Assembly: GCF_006345805.1 (NCBI RefSeq)
Contig: NC_043003.1
Span: 72,664,001 to 72,728,000, forward strand
Direction: 5' to 3'
Origin: Octopus sinensis
Taxonomy: Eukaryota
Length of the DNA stretch: 64,000 nucleotides
A program made the translations under genes and the position numbers. The notes under the pieces are model-generated. The model saw nothing but the letters and a program-made list of their open reading frames with translations, was not told the DNA's origin and did not search any database. This document shows positions 50,270-62,559 of the stretch, piece after piece (the first letter of the stretch is position 1; the number at the start of each line of letters is the position of its first letter).

Positions 50270-51635
50270 TTTTTTCACCCCACCACCCTACCTCTCCAAC
50301 GCACTATTCTTCAAGCTTTCTGGCATCTCCAGTCCGACCCGTCCACTTCAAACCTCTTCCCTAACTGACCCCTCCCCTCTTTCAAACGAGCTCATAACCT
50401 ACGAGACCTCTTGGTCCACAGCTTCTTCCCTGACCCTACCTCCCAACCTGGCTCGTTCTCCTGCTCCCACCCACGTTGCCGCACTTGCCCTTGCCTCTCC
50501 AACACCACCCTCCTCACCGGCACCCATCATCGACCCTATCGCATCATCGACTCCTTCACCTGCACCTCCAGCATTATCATCTATTGCATCTCTTGCTCTC
50601 TATGCCATTCCCCGTACATCAGACAAACGGAATGCCGCTTGGCTGACCAGTTCGCGGAACACCTCCGAGACATCCTCCTCGCCAATGACACTCTGGTCTC
50701 ACGCCATTTCCGCTCCACTGGTCACTCCTTGCAACACCTGTCTGTGTTCAGATTGTCCTTGCACAGAGGCCATCTGGATTCCCGCTTGCGCCGTGAACAG
50801 GGATCAATCTTCTCTCTTCGCTCTTTTATGCTATTTGGGCTCAACTCCCCCCCTTTCATCTAACCTCCCCCAGACTCCTACTTCTCTTCAGTCCTTTATC
50901 TTTTCACCCCTACTCTCTTTCCCTCCTCTTCCCTTCTTTCCCTTCTTTCCCTTTCCCCCCTTCTTCCCTCTTCTTCTCTCTTCTTCCCTCTTCCCCTTCT
51001 TTCTTTCTCTCTGCTCCCTCACTCCCCTTCTCCCCCCCTCCTCCACACCCCACCTGGGCTTTCCCCACTCTCTCCCCCTACCCCCCACAACATCACACCA
51101 CACTACACTACACCATACAACATTACACATCACATCACAACACACCTCCCACAGCACACCGCCCACACACCCATCCCCACATCTTTACACCTACACATAC
51201 ATACACATATCACATCACAACACACCACTCTCATACCCATTCCCACGTCGCTACACCCACACATGCATACACATGTCCAGACCACCAGCCCTCTTTCACA
51301 TGCACATACATACTCTCATACACACACGCACCTTTGTTTTGGGGGCACTTTCGTTTTGGAAGTCACTTGACCCTGTTATCTCCCCTACTGTCCCTCTAGT
51401 GTCTGACCTCTGACCTCTGCCTGAAGTCAGGACGCCATGATAGATCGTTAGCTCCTATACGCATTTTTTTCTCTCCTTGTTTTTTTTCTGTGTATCTTTC
51501 TGTCAAAGAGCGTAGGCTCGAAACGTATAAGACTTGTTCTATTTCTATTCCTGAGCGCCATACTAATACATTTGTTTGTTTGTACTCCACCTGCCTTCGT
51601 CTTTTGTTTATTTTCGTAAACCTTCCCATTATATA
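50270..51635 (+). mobile_element. Neptune-clade Penelope-like element, 3' part
   Basis: ORF 50411-50863 gives CSHPRCRTC (Neptune Cys linker), FTCTSSIIIYCISCSLC..YIRQT..RL..EHLRDI..VSRHF..GH..R..RE..I..L..GLN (GIY-YIG). Pyrimidine/CA-rich 3' UTR. The terminal segment is shared with 29310-29590. Confidence 0.9.
51495..51532 (+). ncRNA. Variant minimal hammerhead-ribozyme-like motif
   Basis: UCUUU-CUGUCAAA-GAGC GUAG GCUC-GAAA-CG-UA-UAAGA in the Penelope 3' terminal segment. Non-canonical core. Confidence 0.45.
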
Positions 51636-51673
51636 TCCAAGTATACATCTATTGTATGCATGTATGTAGGCAT

Positions 51674-54338
51674 CAGGGTTATGACTTTGATGTTTTTGGA
51701 AGTAAACAATTTCTTGTATCAAAATTCAATGAACAATTTCATATAAGTAGGAAAATAACCTTTATTTTAAGATTTTTTAAAGAAAACATCACCCCCAACT
51801 GAAGAAATCTAACACCCCTTTTGACCCAAATCATGCAAAATTCTAGTAAGGGGGTTCATAATGCCTACTCAAAGTTTTACCAAACTTGGTATGCTGACTT
51901 AATGCAATGCAGAACAGTACATCTCAAATTTTGGCTTTCAAGTTTAAGTAACTTAGAAGTTATAGTTTTTAATTTATTACCACTTAAGCCCTACTTTAGG
52001 AAATATCCTATTCCTCTCCTTTTTATTTCTGTGACACTAAATACTCTGACTATATTAACATTTTATTCAGAATAGTAGGTTTATCCAGCTAGTGTATCTA
52101 AGATAATGTCTCATAAGAAAAGTGCTTGTGTTATTCAAAGAAACAAGATAATCTGGATGAAGAATCTCGTGCAATTTCAAGACTCACATAGGAAAAGAAG
52201 ACCTGTTCCTCTCGAAGAGCATTCTTTGGGAAACAACTGCAGGATACCAATGAAACTTCAAATTATCCATTGCTGCCTGTTCTTTGGAGGTACAAGAAAA
52301 GGAAGGAAAGAAAGAACAAAGGAAATTTCAAAAGAAGTAAATCTTTTATGGCAAAAGAAATTAAATTTCCCATATTTATCAATTCAAAATGTACAAGTAA
52401 AAGTAGAAAAAGTGCTGAATGCCTATGTTAAATGTGTAAAACAGAAAATATGATTCATTGAAAGGAATTTTTGACATCCCAAAGGAAAACAGTGAATGGC
52501 TGTGCAGTGAAGACAGAAGATTATATTATCTTCAAATTGAAAGCAAGAGACAGGTTCAGTATGCAACTGGAAAGGCAGCAAGTTCCAAAAATAACCATCC
52601 ATCCAAAAGAAGAAAAGTGTCCTTAATGCCAACTTCAACCAGAGCAACTCCAGAGTCATCGTCAACGCCTGAAACAGAAACTGAAAGTGAATATCAAGAG
52701 TCTGAAAAATCAGATGAAGAATCCACACAAACAAGGAGAAAGTATAGTGAAACTGGAACTGCAACCAAGTTAGTAATATCTTCCAAGCTATCAACCCAAA
52801 AAGCAGCAACAGTTTGTCGACATTTATCTCAAGATGGAATCATGTCGAGACTCCTGCCCAATCTGGTATTTATAGATTGACTATCGAAGAAGCTGTTAAA
52901 CTAAAAAAGAAAATGAAGAAAATACTACGTTTAGAAAACTGGTCATTGCTTTTTCATAGTGAACATGTTGATGACCAAGAATACCAAGGGCTAGTTTTTA
53001 AAGAATGAACAGAAAGAAGTTAAGTTAGAAGCACTCCAATTACCAAAGGGAAAAGTCAATACTGTTATGAAAAGAATAACAAATGTTTTAGATGAATACA
53101 ATTTATGGAACTGTGTAAAGATGATTGTTGCTGATACAACGAGTGTTAACATTGGGAAAAGAAATGACATTGTCATTCAGTTGCATAGGCTGTTTGCTCA
53201 AAAGGGTTTGAAAGAACTGCAATTTATTGGTTATCAGCATCATATCCTTGTTAGAGTTCTTCATGTTGTAATGGATAACAAACTTGGAGAAAACAGGTCA
53301 TCTCCCAATATTGAATATGCATTCATCCCAGAGCTTCTAAGTAATTATGAGAAACTCCAGGCTAATTTCAACAATGGTGAAGAAAAGATTACTGAATCAG
53401 CTGGGTGGCAAGATGGCATGAAATTTCTATTTCATTCGACCAGTGTTTTTGTGTTTCTTTGAAGAAACCGGAAAATTTCTTACTGTAAAAGTTAAAAAAA
53501 TATCCAACTTAAGTAATGCAAGAAGGAATTCTTGAGCAATCTTAGCTCTTTTGGCATTTATTCTTCTACCAGAGAAAAAAAGTTTTACTTCTCAATATTT
53601 GTTGATTCATCTCACAGCTGGGCAGATTTTTGGTTCACTGACCAAAAGTTCAATGTACATGGTTATCAGAAATTATGTGGTAGCCTGCAAGTTCATAAAA
53701 AAGCATTGAACACTAAAAAAAAATTTTGAAGTCGAGAACCATCAAAACTGAAAATTCCCAGAACAAATCAGAGTACCATACGGGCAGTCAAGTGCCTTCA
53801 TGATCTTTATGATGTTTGTAAAAAGGAGAAACTTCAGCTTTGATTTATTTAATCTAACAAAACATATTAATTCTTTGTTATGTTTAAAAATTTAAATGCT
53901 AACATTCAGCACCCTTTTTCTTATACAGTTATTTAAAATTGGAATTAAACCCATAAAGTTATAAATATGTATTGTTTTTTAATTTTGTATGTTATCAAAT
54001 GCTTATGGTGGCCTCTGTCTTAAGATAGCCTAGTTTTGAACCATTGCATAGAGCAATTTCAATTCAGTAATCTTAAAAACGTATATATACCCTTTTATTC
54101 CACAGCCCTCTTGCGTTTACTATTTCTGCATTGCTTTGAGTCGTAAAAACTTGAGCAGGCGTTATGAACCTCACCTAGAATTTTGCATGATTTGGGTCGA
54201 AAGTGGTGATCAATTTCTTAGTTGGGGGTGATGTTTTTTTTAAATAAACCAATATAAATCTTAGTTTCCTTATTTATATCAAATTATTCATTGAATTAGA
54301 GTATAGGGTTATAAGGTTGTGAAAAAGTCATAACCCTA
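51674..54338 (+). mobile_element. hAT-superfamily (hATm/hATx-like) DNA transposon with long subterminal inverted repeats, pseudogenised transposase
   Basis: Termini (C)AGGGTTATGACTTT / AAAGTCATAACCCT(A). An imperfect inverted repeat of >150 bp spans ~51723-51880 and ~54145-54297. Broken frames give VLDEYNLW..MIVADTTSVNIG..IGYQHHIL (DTT.VNTG and CxHH-like) and IPRTNQSTIRAVK (N..ER.VK-like). Confidence 0.78.
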
Positions 54339-54436
54339 AAATGCATATATATATGTATGTGTGTATATATATGTGTATGTATATATATATATATGTATGT
54401 GTGTGTGTGAGTGTATATAGGTATATTACCTATAGA

Positions 54437-54797
54437 TGCAGGCATTGCTGTGGTAAGAAGCTTGCTTCCCAACGACATGGTTCTGGGTTCAGTCCCACTG
54501 CATGTCTTCTACTGTAGTCTCAGGCTGACCAAAGCCTTGTGAGCGGATTTGGTAGACGGAAACTCAAAGAAGCCTGTCATATATATATATGTGTGTGTGT
54601 GTGTGTATTTGTTCCCCAACCGGTGCTGGTGTGTTTATGTCGCAGTAACTTAGTGGTTTAGCAAAAGAGACTGATGGAATAAGTACTAGGCTTAAAAGGA
54701 AATAAGTCCTGGGGTTGATTTGTGTGACTAAAATCCTTCAAAGCGGTGCTCCAGCATGGTTGTAATTAAATGAATGAAACAAAGAAAAGAATAAAGA
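54437..54797 (+). mobile_element. tRNA-derived SINE (family of 15067-15480)
   Basis: GGTAAGAAGCTTGCTTCCCAAC..GGTTCAGTCCCACTG..CCAAAGCCTTGTGAG..GCTCCAGCATGG..AAAGAATAAAG. Confidence 0.8.
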
Positions 54798-54925
54798 AAT
54801 AATATACTGGAGCAGACAATGGATCTTGATGCAGTCTTTGGACACATTGGCTCTTGTCAAACCATCCAACCCATGCCAGCATGGAACATGGCTGTTAAAT
54901 GATGATGATGATGATGAATCACACG

Positions 54926-54956
<31 letters not shown>

Positions 54957-55817
54957 GCATATATTTATACTCACATATTTGTATGTGAGTGTACACATAT
55001 GTATTTATTACTCACCTTCCACCCTATCACTCATTAGTGAAACTCAAACACTCAGATATGAATGCAAAACAGATTCTAACATATTTTCCCATCACACCAT
55101 ATATTCTGAATGAAGAATAACCCCAATAACTATGCTGTCCTCCCTTTCTCCCCCAACCACACAGTCTAGGCTTCCCCCCCATTTCTCATCACCAATATAA
55201 AAAGCATTGACATTATCTTTTGTATCTTGTTATATTAATACACCTCTACTATCATCTATTCTAGCAAGTTAGCTTTATGATGCGTGGCCTAGTTCTTTAC
55301 AGTTAGAGGGTAGCCTTCATTCTATCAGGTGTACATGCACACAAACGTACATAATTATACACATGCATACTCATACAAACTCAGGCACATGACATACACA
55401 CAGATGTGAACATAGACAAACACATACACACACCATATAAGTATGTCTCGGTATATAAGTTTACAAACAAAAGGCAAAGGCACTCGATTTAGAAGCATAG
55501 TGTAATTTTTTATTGTAGTACTTGAGATTTCTCCCTGTTACTATTCAGAATGTTGAGAAAATCTGTTGCCAGTCATATCAGATTTGATTTGTGACAGACC
55601 CCCTTGGCTGCATCAGAATAACATGTCCATTACAGTATATATATATATATTATGTGTATACACACACACACACACACATCATCATCATCATTTAGCGTCC
55701 GCTTTCCATGCTAGCATGGGTTGGATCGTTCAACTGGGGTCTGGGAAGCCAGAAGGCTGCACCAGGTCCAGTCTGATCTGGCAATGTTTCTACGGCTGGA
55801 TGCCCTTCCTAACGCCA

Positions 55818-55926
<109 letters not shown>

Positions 55927-55992
55927 CATATATACAAGTGAGTGGACAAATGAAAAAAGGGCACTCAACAAATTTATTTGGAGTTACATTTA

Positions 55993-56152
55993 TGGATCAA
56001 AACAGTTTGATTCAAATTCATTGGTACTCTTGAATTTCAAGTGTGATGCTAGTCATCAGCTGAATTTGAATTTTGAATTCAAAATGGCTGGCAACTAGCA
56101 TCACGCTTGAAACTCAAAAGTACCAATGAATTTGAATCAGTGTTTTGATCCA
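55993..56152. repeat. ~160-bp hairpin (small MITE-like)
   Basis: TGGATCAAAACA..TGATTCAAATTCATTGGTACT..TTTCAAG.GTGATGCTAGT pairs with ACTAGCATCAC.CTTGAAA..AGTACCAATGAATTTGAATCA.TGTTTTGATCCA. Confidence 0.75.
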
Positions 56153-56182
56153 CACACACATATTATTCATAAGTATATATAT

Positions 56183-56687
56183 ATTACATAGAAAAATGCG
56201 GGCATGAAAAGTAATATTCTTAAGATTATAAACCTGGAAAAGTACAGGACAAGTTATTACACCTGTAAACTATTACTTCAAGTAAAGTAAAGAATAAGAA
56301 ATTTTTTACTTAAAATATTGCAGCGAAGAATGCCAGTTCTAATTTATCACTCTTTACAGTTCTCATCTTTTAAATCTATAGTACAAAACTGTTCTGCTAA
56401 TTTGTAAGTTTTTCTAAGTAGTCACTTTTTTCTGTATTTAAGGTAGTAAATTAGCCAAATTCTTCTTAAATAAGTATAGTGTTATTTGTAAACTATAATA
56501 GAATATTTTTTAATATTCAAATTGTAATTTTAGCTGCAATATTTTAAGTAAAAATTTTCTTATTCTTTACTTTACTAGAAGTAATAGTTTGTCCTATACT
56601 TTTACAGGTGTAATAACTTGTCCTGTACTTTTCCAGGTTTATAATCTTAAGAATATTACTTTTCATACTCACATTTTTCCATGTAAT
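56183..56687. mobile_element. Fold-back MITE with ~150-bp TIRs
   Basis: TACATAGAAAAATG..TAAGATTATAAACCTGGAAAAGTACAGGACAAGTTATTACACCTGTAAA..TTACTTAAAATATTGCAGC is mirrored at 56532-56687. TA flanks. Confidence 0.8.
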
Positions 56688-57808
56688 CCATGATTTTTCC
56701 AGGCATTGCTGTTATAAGATAATTAATAATGTGTCAATTAATAATTTAGGATCTTATCTTTTAAAGTACTGGGTAGCGGGATACATTGGCTGCTAATTTT
56801 AGCATATCAAGCAACCACATAGAGGCTCTTTCATTGGTTTGATTGCGTGATGAGAATTTTAAACACATATATGTATAATAGGCATATATATCATCATCAG
56901 AAGTTAGAGAGTAAGTCAAAAGCAGAGAGTTCTGTGTATTGACAATTATCAAACATGAATTTGTCCATTGTTACTCTGTAACTTGTGGCGAAATAACTTC
57001 TAAAATACAAAATTTTGTCAAAAATGATAAGAGTAACCTCTGTTGTATGTGACACATTGTACCAGTGTTGGAAGTTTGAAAGTGTTTAATTAAAAAAAAT
57101 TAATTAAATAATCTGTATATCAAATTGAATAGATCCAAAATGGATAAAAAGCAAAGTCGACCTTGGCGAAATTTGAACTCAAAATGTAAACACAGGCGAA
57201 ATACCACTAAGCATTTTAACTGGCACACTAATGTTTCTGTCAGCCAGCTACCTTAGGATGTAAACATTCATTTTAGCAATATATTCTTTATTTTTATTGC
57301 TTAAGTCTTACTTCCTTACTCTCTTACTTACTGACAAGAAAATTTGTGGCATTTCACCCCATAACTTTTTTTCTACTAATTTTTGTTCAATGCGACTAAT
57401 GACTCTAAATTCTCATACATTTTTCTGTCATTTAAGCATAAGAAAAGTATACTTTTATTTAAAAATTAAAAAGTTTATGTTAATTGAAGTTGAATAGGTG
57501 CCTTGGGGTCACTTATATTTTGATGTAACTTTTTTCTACTGAAGCAAATCTCAAACTATTAATGCCAAAGTGTAGCTGAGGAGGTGTCTTCTTTAAAACT
57601 GTTAACAGTTTGCAATTTAGTTGAGAACTGAATTAATAGTGAAGCTTGGAAGCTGCTGTGATTGACGAAATGGTGGACTTAAGAATATATTCAACCACTA
57701 CCATGGACGCCAAATGTTATATGATGATGACAATGATGTATGCGTATGTATGTATGTGTATATATATGAGTGTGTGTATGAATATATATATATGTGTGTG
57801 TATGTATG

Positions 57809-57970
57809 CAGGCATGGCTGTGTAGTAAGAAGCTTGCTTCTCAACCACATGGTTCCAGGTTCAGTCCCACTGCATGGCACCTTGGGCAAATGTTTTTTCT
57901 ACTATAGCCTTAGGCTGACCAAAGCCTTGTGAGTGGATTTGGTTGATGGAAACTTAAAGAAGCCCATCAT
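57809..57970 (+). mobile_element. tRNA-derived SINE, 5' half
   Basis: GGCATGGCTGTGTAGTAAGAAGCTTGCTTCTCAACCACATGGTTCCAGGTTCAGTCCCACTGCATGGCACCTTGGGCAAA. Confidence 0.8.
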
Positions 57971-59024
57971 ATATATTATGGGCTTCCTGTTTGTTTTCTC
58001 TGTCCTGTTTGTGTTACCAATTTATTTTATTTAATTTGCTTTGTGGAAGCAACTGTTTTATTGAAAGCGTATATTGTTGTTAAATGCTTGAAATAGGAGA
58101 CTAGTAAAACAGCCAACAACCGATGAAGGGCTGTTCTTTATGTTGTTTGGTTTGTTTTGTTTTCCATTTGTGTCTTTCATTGTTTGAAAGAATAGTTCAT
58201 GTTCCATGTACTTGTGCTTCGTATTTTTTTGTTGTACACATTTTGTGTCATTCTGTGCCCACATATGTATGTATATATATATATATATATCGAACCGTCC
58301 AACCCATGCTAGCATGGAGAACGGACGTTAAACGACGATGATGATATATAATAATAAATATTAGGAAATAAATCCAAATTTACAGGGAAAATCAGATTTA
58401 GGATTGAATCCAATTTTATAGTAAAATAATTATATATATATAATATATATATTATTTATATTATTATATGATTGAATGCCATGCATCCTCTTCGAAGTAA
58501 GTTTATAATTTTAATTAAATTCCATTTCCCTTTGATATGTTTAAATACTGTAAGTTTTTGGATAATTTTCGGTTAATAAGTTTAGCGGTTTTATTGTAGC
58601 CAACAAAGGACTGCGTCTGCACAGTAAATTTGAAAAGTTAGCTCGTATAAACACGAGACAGGTAGCCTTGTTCTGTCTCGTGTGGATATGTTTAGCACTA
58701 GGTTGGACCTGCTGAAGAAAATCAAACCTTGTGAGTTCTCCATGACTCGCTAAAAGATGATCAGAAACCAATTGTTCCAAGAAACTAGATGGTAAATGTT
58801 CTTCATTTCCAAATTTGTTCCTGTCGAATTTTGTCCCGAATTTTTTCTGGTCATAGAACTTAGCTGTTCTTTCTAGCGCGTAGAATCCCTATAAGTGGAT
58901 TCTCTATGTGTTTAAATATACTCTATATCGTATTTCTAATTTACAGTCTTTTGACTAAAATTTTTTTACGCGTAAATTTTAATTGAATGTTTTTAATTTT
59001 AATTAAATTCCATTTCCCTTTGAT

Positions 59025-60355
59025 ACCCAGTGTAAGCTATGGACGCATAAGAGGTGCAGCAACATCAAAGGGAAATTAACTGATAAGATAGCTTTCATGT
59101 GTGGCAGATGCACAGGGACAATAGACACCACAGATACTCAGAAAACAGATTCCATCACACTCCAGGCGGAGAAACTAGAAGTAGTTGATAGTTTCCGCTA
59201 CCTGGGTGACCAAATTAGTAGTGGAGGTTGATGCTCAGAGAGTGCCACCACTAGAATACGAATAGCCTGAGCAAAGTTCAGAAAGCTCCTACCCCTACTG
59301 GCGACAAAGGGTCTCTCGCTCAAAGTGAAAGGTAGATTGTATGATGCATGTGTGCGAACTGCCATGCTTCACGGTAGTGAAACATGGGCTGTGACTGCAG
59401 AGGACATGCATAGACTTGAAAGGAATGAAGCTAGCATGATCCGCTGGATGTGTAATGTTAGTGTGCGCGCACGACAGAGGGTAAGCACCCTGAGAGAAAT
59501 GCTGGACATAAGAAGCATCAGATGTGGTGTGCAAGAGCGATGCTTGCGATGGTATGGTCATTTACTGCGGATGGATGAGGAGAGATGTGTGAAGAAGTGC
59601 CACTCCCAAACAGTTGAAGGTATCAGGGGGAGAGGTAGACCCAGAAAGACATGGGATGAGGTAGTCAAGCATGACGTCAGAGCGTTGGGCCTCACTGAGG
59701 CAATGGCGAAGGACAGAGATCTCTGGAGATATGCTGTGACTGCAAAGACCCGGGCTGCTTTCTGCACCAGTTCCGCATAGCCCCTGCCCATTCAAAGTAC
59801 CTTGGATTCCAGAACATCCTGCTGTGCTTAAGGAGACCTGTTGAGTCAAGTACATGAACATCGAAATAAATATCAATGGAAATAGTAGTTGTGATACATG
59901 TGCTGGTGGCACATAAAAAGCACCATCTGAACGTGGCCGTTGCCAGCACCACCTCGACTGGCTTCTGTGCCGGTGGCACATAAAAAGCACCATCCGAATG
60001 CGGCCGATGCCAGCGCTGCCTCAACTGGCTCTAGTGCCAGTGGCACATAAAAAGCACCATCCAAATGTGGCCGATGCCAGCGCCGCCTTGGCTGGCTTCC
60101 GTGCTGGTGGCACGTTAAAAGCAACAACCAATCGTGGCCGATGCCGGACTCCCCTGGCACCTGTGCAGGTGACACGTAAAAAGCACCCACTACACTCGCG
60201 GAGTGGTTGGCGTTAGGAAGGGCATCCAACTGTAGAAACACTGCCAGATCAGACTGGAGCCTGGTGCAGCCCCTGGCTTCCCAGACCCTGGTCGAACCGT
60301 CCAACCCGTGCTAGCACGGAAAACGGACGTTAAACAATGATGATGATGATGATGA
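59025..60355 (+). mobile_element. RTE LINE 3' end with complete 3' UTR and (ATG)n tail
   Basis: CKLWTHKRC..FRYLGD..LHGSETW..RWYGH..GRGRPRKTW (ORF 59325-59780), then 67-bp tandem units and the tail CCAACCCGTGCTAGCACGGAAAACGGACGTTAAAC(A)ATGATG. Confidence 0.92.
59900..60190 (+). repeat. 67-bp tandem repeat in the RTE 3' UTR
   Basis: GTGC(C/T)(G/A)GTGGCAC-ATAAAAAGCACC units start at 59900, 59967, 60034 and 60101, with a degenerate one at 60163. Confidence 0.85.
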
Positions 60356-60879
60356 TATATAAGCGAAACATCCAGACACTGAGATTTGAAATCAGATTTC
60401 ACTACTGTTTATCTCATCTGTGGATAAATTTTAAAATTGATGATATCACCAGCAGTGACATAGGTGGATCACAGGTGCAATAGCTATGAATTATAAATTT
60501 TTACGAAGTGGTGGGATGCTTAAACAAGCATCTAGAAATAAGAGCTAAAGTCTTAAATTTATCCATCATACCACACCTAGATAACAGAGAAAAACAGTAT
60601 GTGAGGAAAACAGAAAGAATTAAAACATATAACAGCACAAATAAAAATATGCAATTAAGGATATCCACATACCAGGTTTCGGCTTCTGAATATTTAAACC
60701 CTGAGCCTCGTCAGTGTGACCTACCGGCTCATAATCCATAGCTGTCTTTAATCCAGATTCTCCATCCCATGTCAGCACAGGAATCAAACATCGGATTGAA
60801 AGAACTGAACAGTGGTATAAATATCAACACAATTATTTCTTCTTCTTCTCTTTCTTCTTTCTTCCCTTCTCCAGCGACA

Positions 60880-61810
60880 CCCCTTCCAGATACACAGGCA
60901 CCCCACACACACACACACACGCACACACACACACACACACCACACACACACAGGCGATCTCACAAAACAATGATAAAAAGAAATCCAGACAATTTTTTGA
61001 GAAGTGACATTTTAACCCCCTTGAAGTGGCCAGCTAAGTTTGCTAATTTCTAAAATCGAAAAATCATTTACTGACCAGTTGCAAAAATATAAACACGCTT
61101 TTTTTTTCTCCCCTCCTCCTTCCTTTCATTCCCCTTTCCCATTTAACACTCCTTTCAGATATGCAGACACCCACACACACACAGGCACATACACACATAC
61201 ACACACACACTCTCTCACAAGACAATGATAAAAAGGAAATCCAGACAATTTTTTGAAAAGTGATATTCTGGCCCCTCCTTGGAGTGGCCAGCTTGATTTA
61301 CCATTGCTAAAAACCAAGAATTGATTGTTATTGACAGACCAGCTGCATAGATATCAACAACAAAATTTTTTCTTCTTTCTCTCCTTCTTTTTCCTTTCCT
61401 TCTCTCTTTTTCTCTAACACACCTTTCAGATACAAAAACACACACACATGCGCACACACACACACATACACACACACAAACACACATACACACACTTTCT
61501 CTCTCTCTCTCTCTCTCTCTCACAAGAGAATGATAAAAAGGAAATACAGACAATTTATTGAAAAGTGACATTTTGCCCCCCTTGGAGTAAACAACTGATT
61601 TTGCCATTACTAGAAGCAAAGAATCAATTATTATTAACAACCTAACCAGCAGCAAAGAGACCAACAAAATTTTTTTCTTTTTTCTCTCCTTTTACTTCCT
61701 TTCCTTCTTTTTCTTAAACACTCTTTTCAGATACAAAAAAACACAGACACACATACACACACACACACACGACACACACACACACGACACACACATGCTC
61801 TCTCTCACTT
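60880..61810. repeat. Three tandem ~250-300 bp units punctuated by (CA)n/(CT)n
   Basis: CACAA.A.AATGATAAAA.G.AAAT.CAGACAATTT.TTGA.AAGTGA.ATT occurs at ~60961, 61216 and 61521. Confidence 0.8.
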
Positions 61811-62559
61811 TCTCCCCATTCATCACCCTCTTGTACTATCTTATATCTCTCCCCACCACTACACACTCAATAACACTATAAAAAGAGTCAAATTTTCACT
61901 AAGAACTTGGTTCAATTTGACAACTCCGCTAGAATGGATGAAAGCACTATATATATGATGTATGATATATGATATATGATGTATAAAAACATGTAATATA
62001 CAAATAAATATTTGTAAATATAAAACCATCCGGATTTCTGAGTATCTCATTTCTTCTAATATATAATACCTGTACATCATCTCCAAACCTTCTAATATAT
62101 ATATATATAGTCATATCTATGCTGATAACATGAAGAAGGGGCTTATTGCTTATTTTCCATTCACCAAAGTGATCGGAACTTTGGCCAGGAGGAACTGATG
62201 TCATCAGATGGTAAACAACGATCATCGAGTACTTCGATCCTGTATTGTAACACCCTATCATTGGTGGGTCAGCAGTGGTGGCCACATTACTGCTCACTTT
62301 CTCATGCTGGCCTCCAGTTTAACTCCTTTGTCTTGCTCCATGACCAGCAAGAGGCTCTTTCAGCTGCCTCGCCCATCCTGCACAAAGCTACCCATTGTTA
62401 CTTTCTTCTCATTCCTATGGTTGTAAGGCATCTTCCTTCAGACTGGGCAAGTGTTCCCTATAGCCAGCTTCAACTGGGAAGAGCCATGATGGCCATCCCT
62501 TCTCACTGCAGTTCTACAAAAGGCTCTCGTACTTGCTTTCCCCATGCCAACAAATGATA

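Noticed and set aside
50115-51413. 432-aa ORF, the longest in the window
   Set aside because: Pro/Ser/His low-complexity shadow frame over a C-rich Neptune element. The meaningful frame is the GIY-YIG ORF 50411-50863.
58060-58140. Further hammerhead candidate (CCGATGA plus upstream GAAA)
   Set aside because: Could not assemble three consistent helices by eye.
59900-60190. CRISPR-like regularly spaced palindromic repeats
   Set aside because: The 'spacers' are homologous to each other, the array lies in a LINE 3' UTR, the context is eukaryotic and there are no cas genes.
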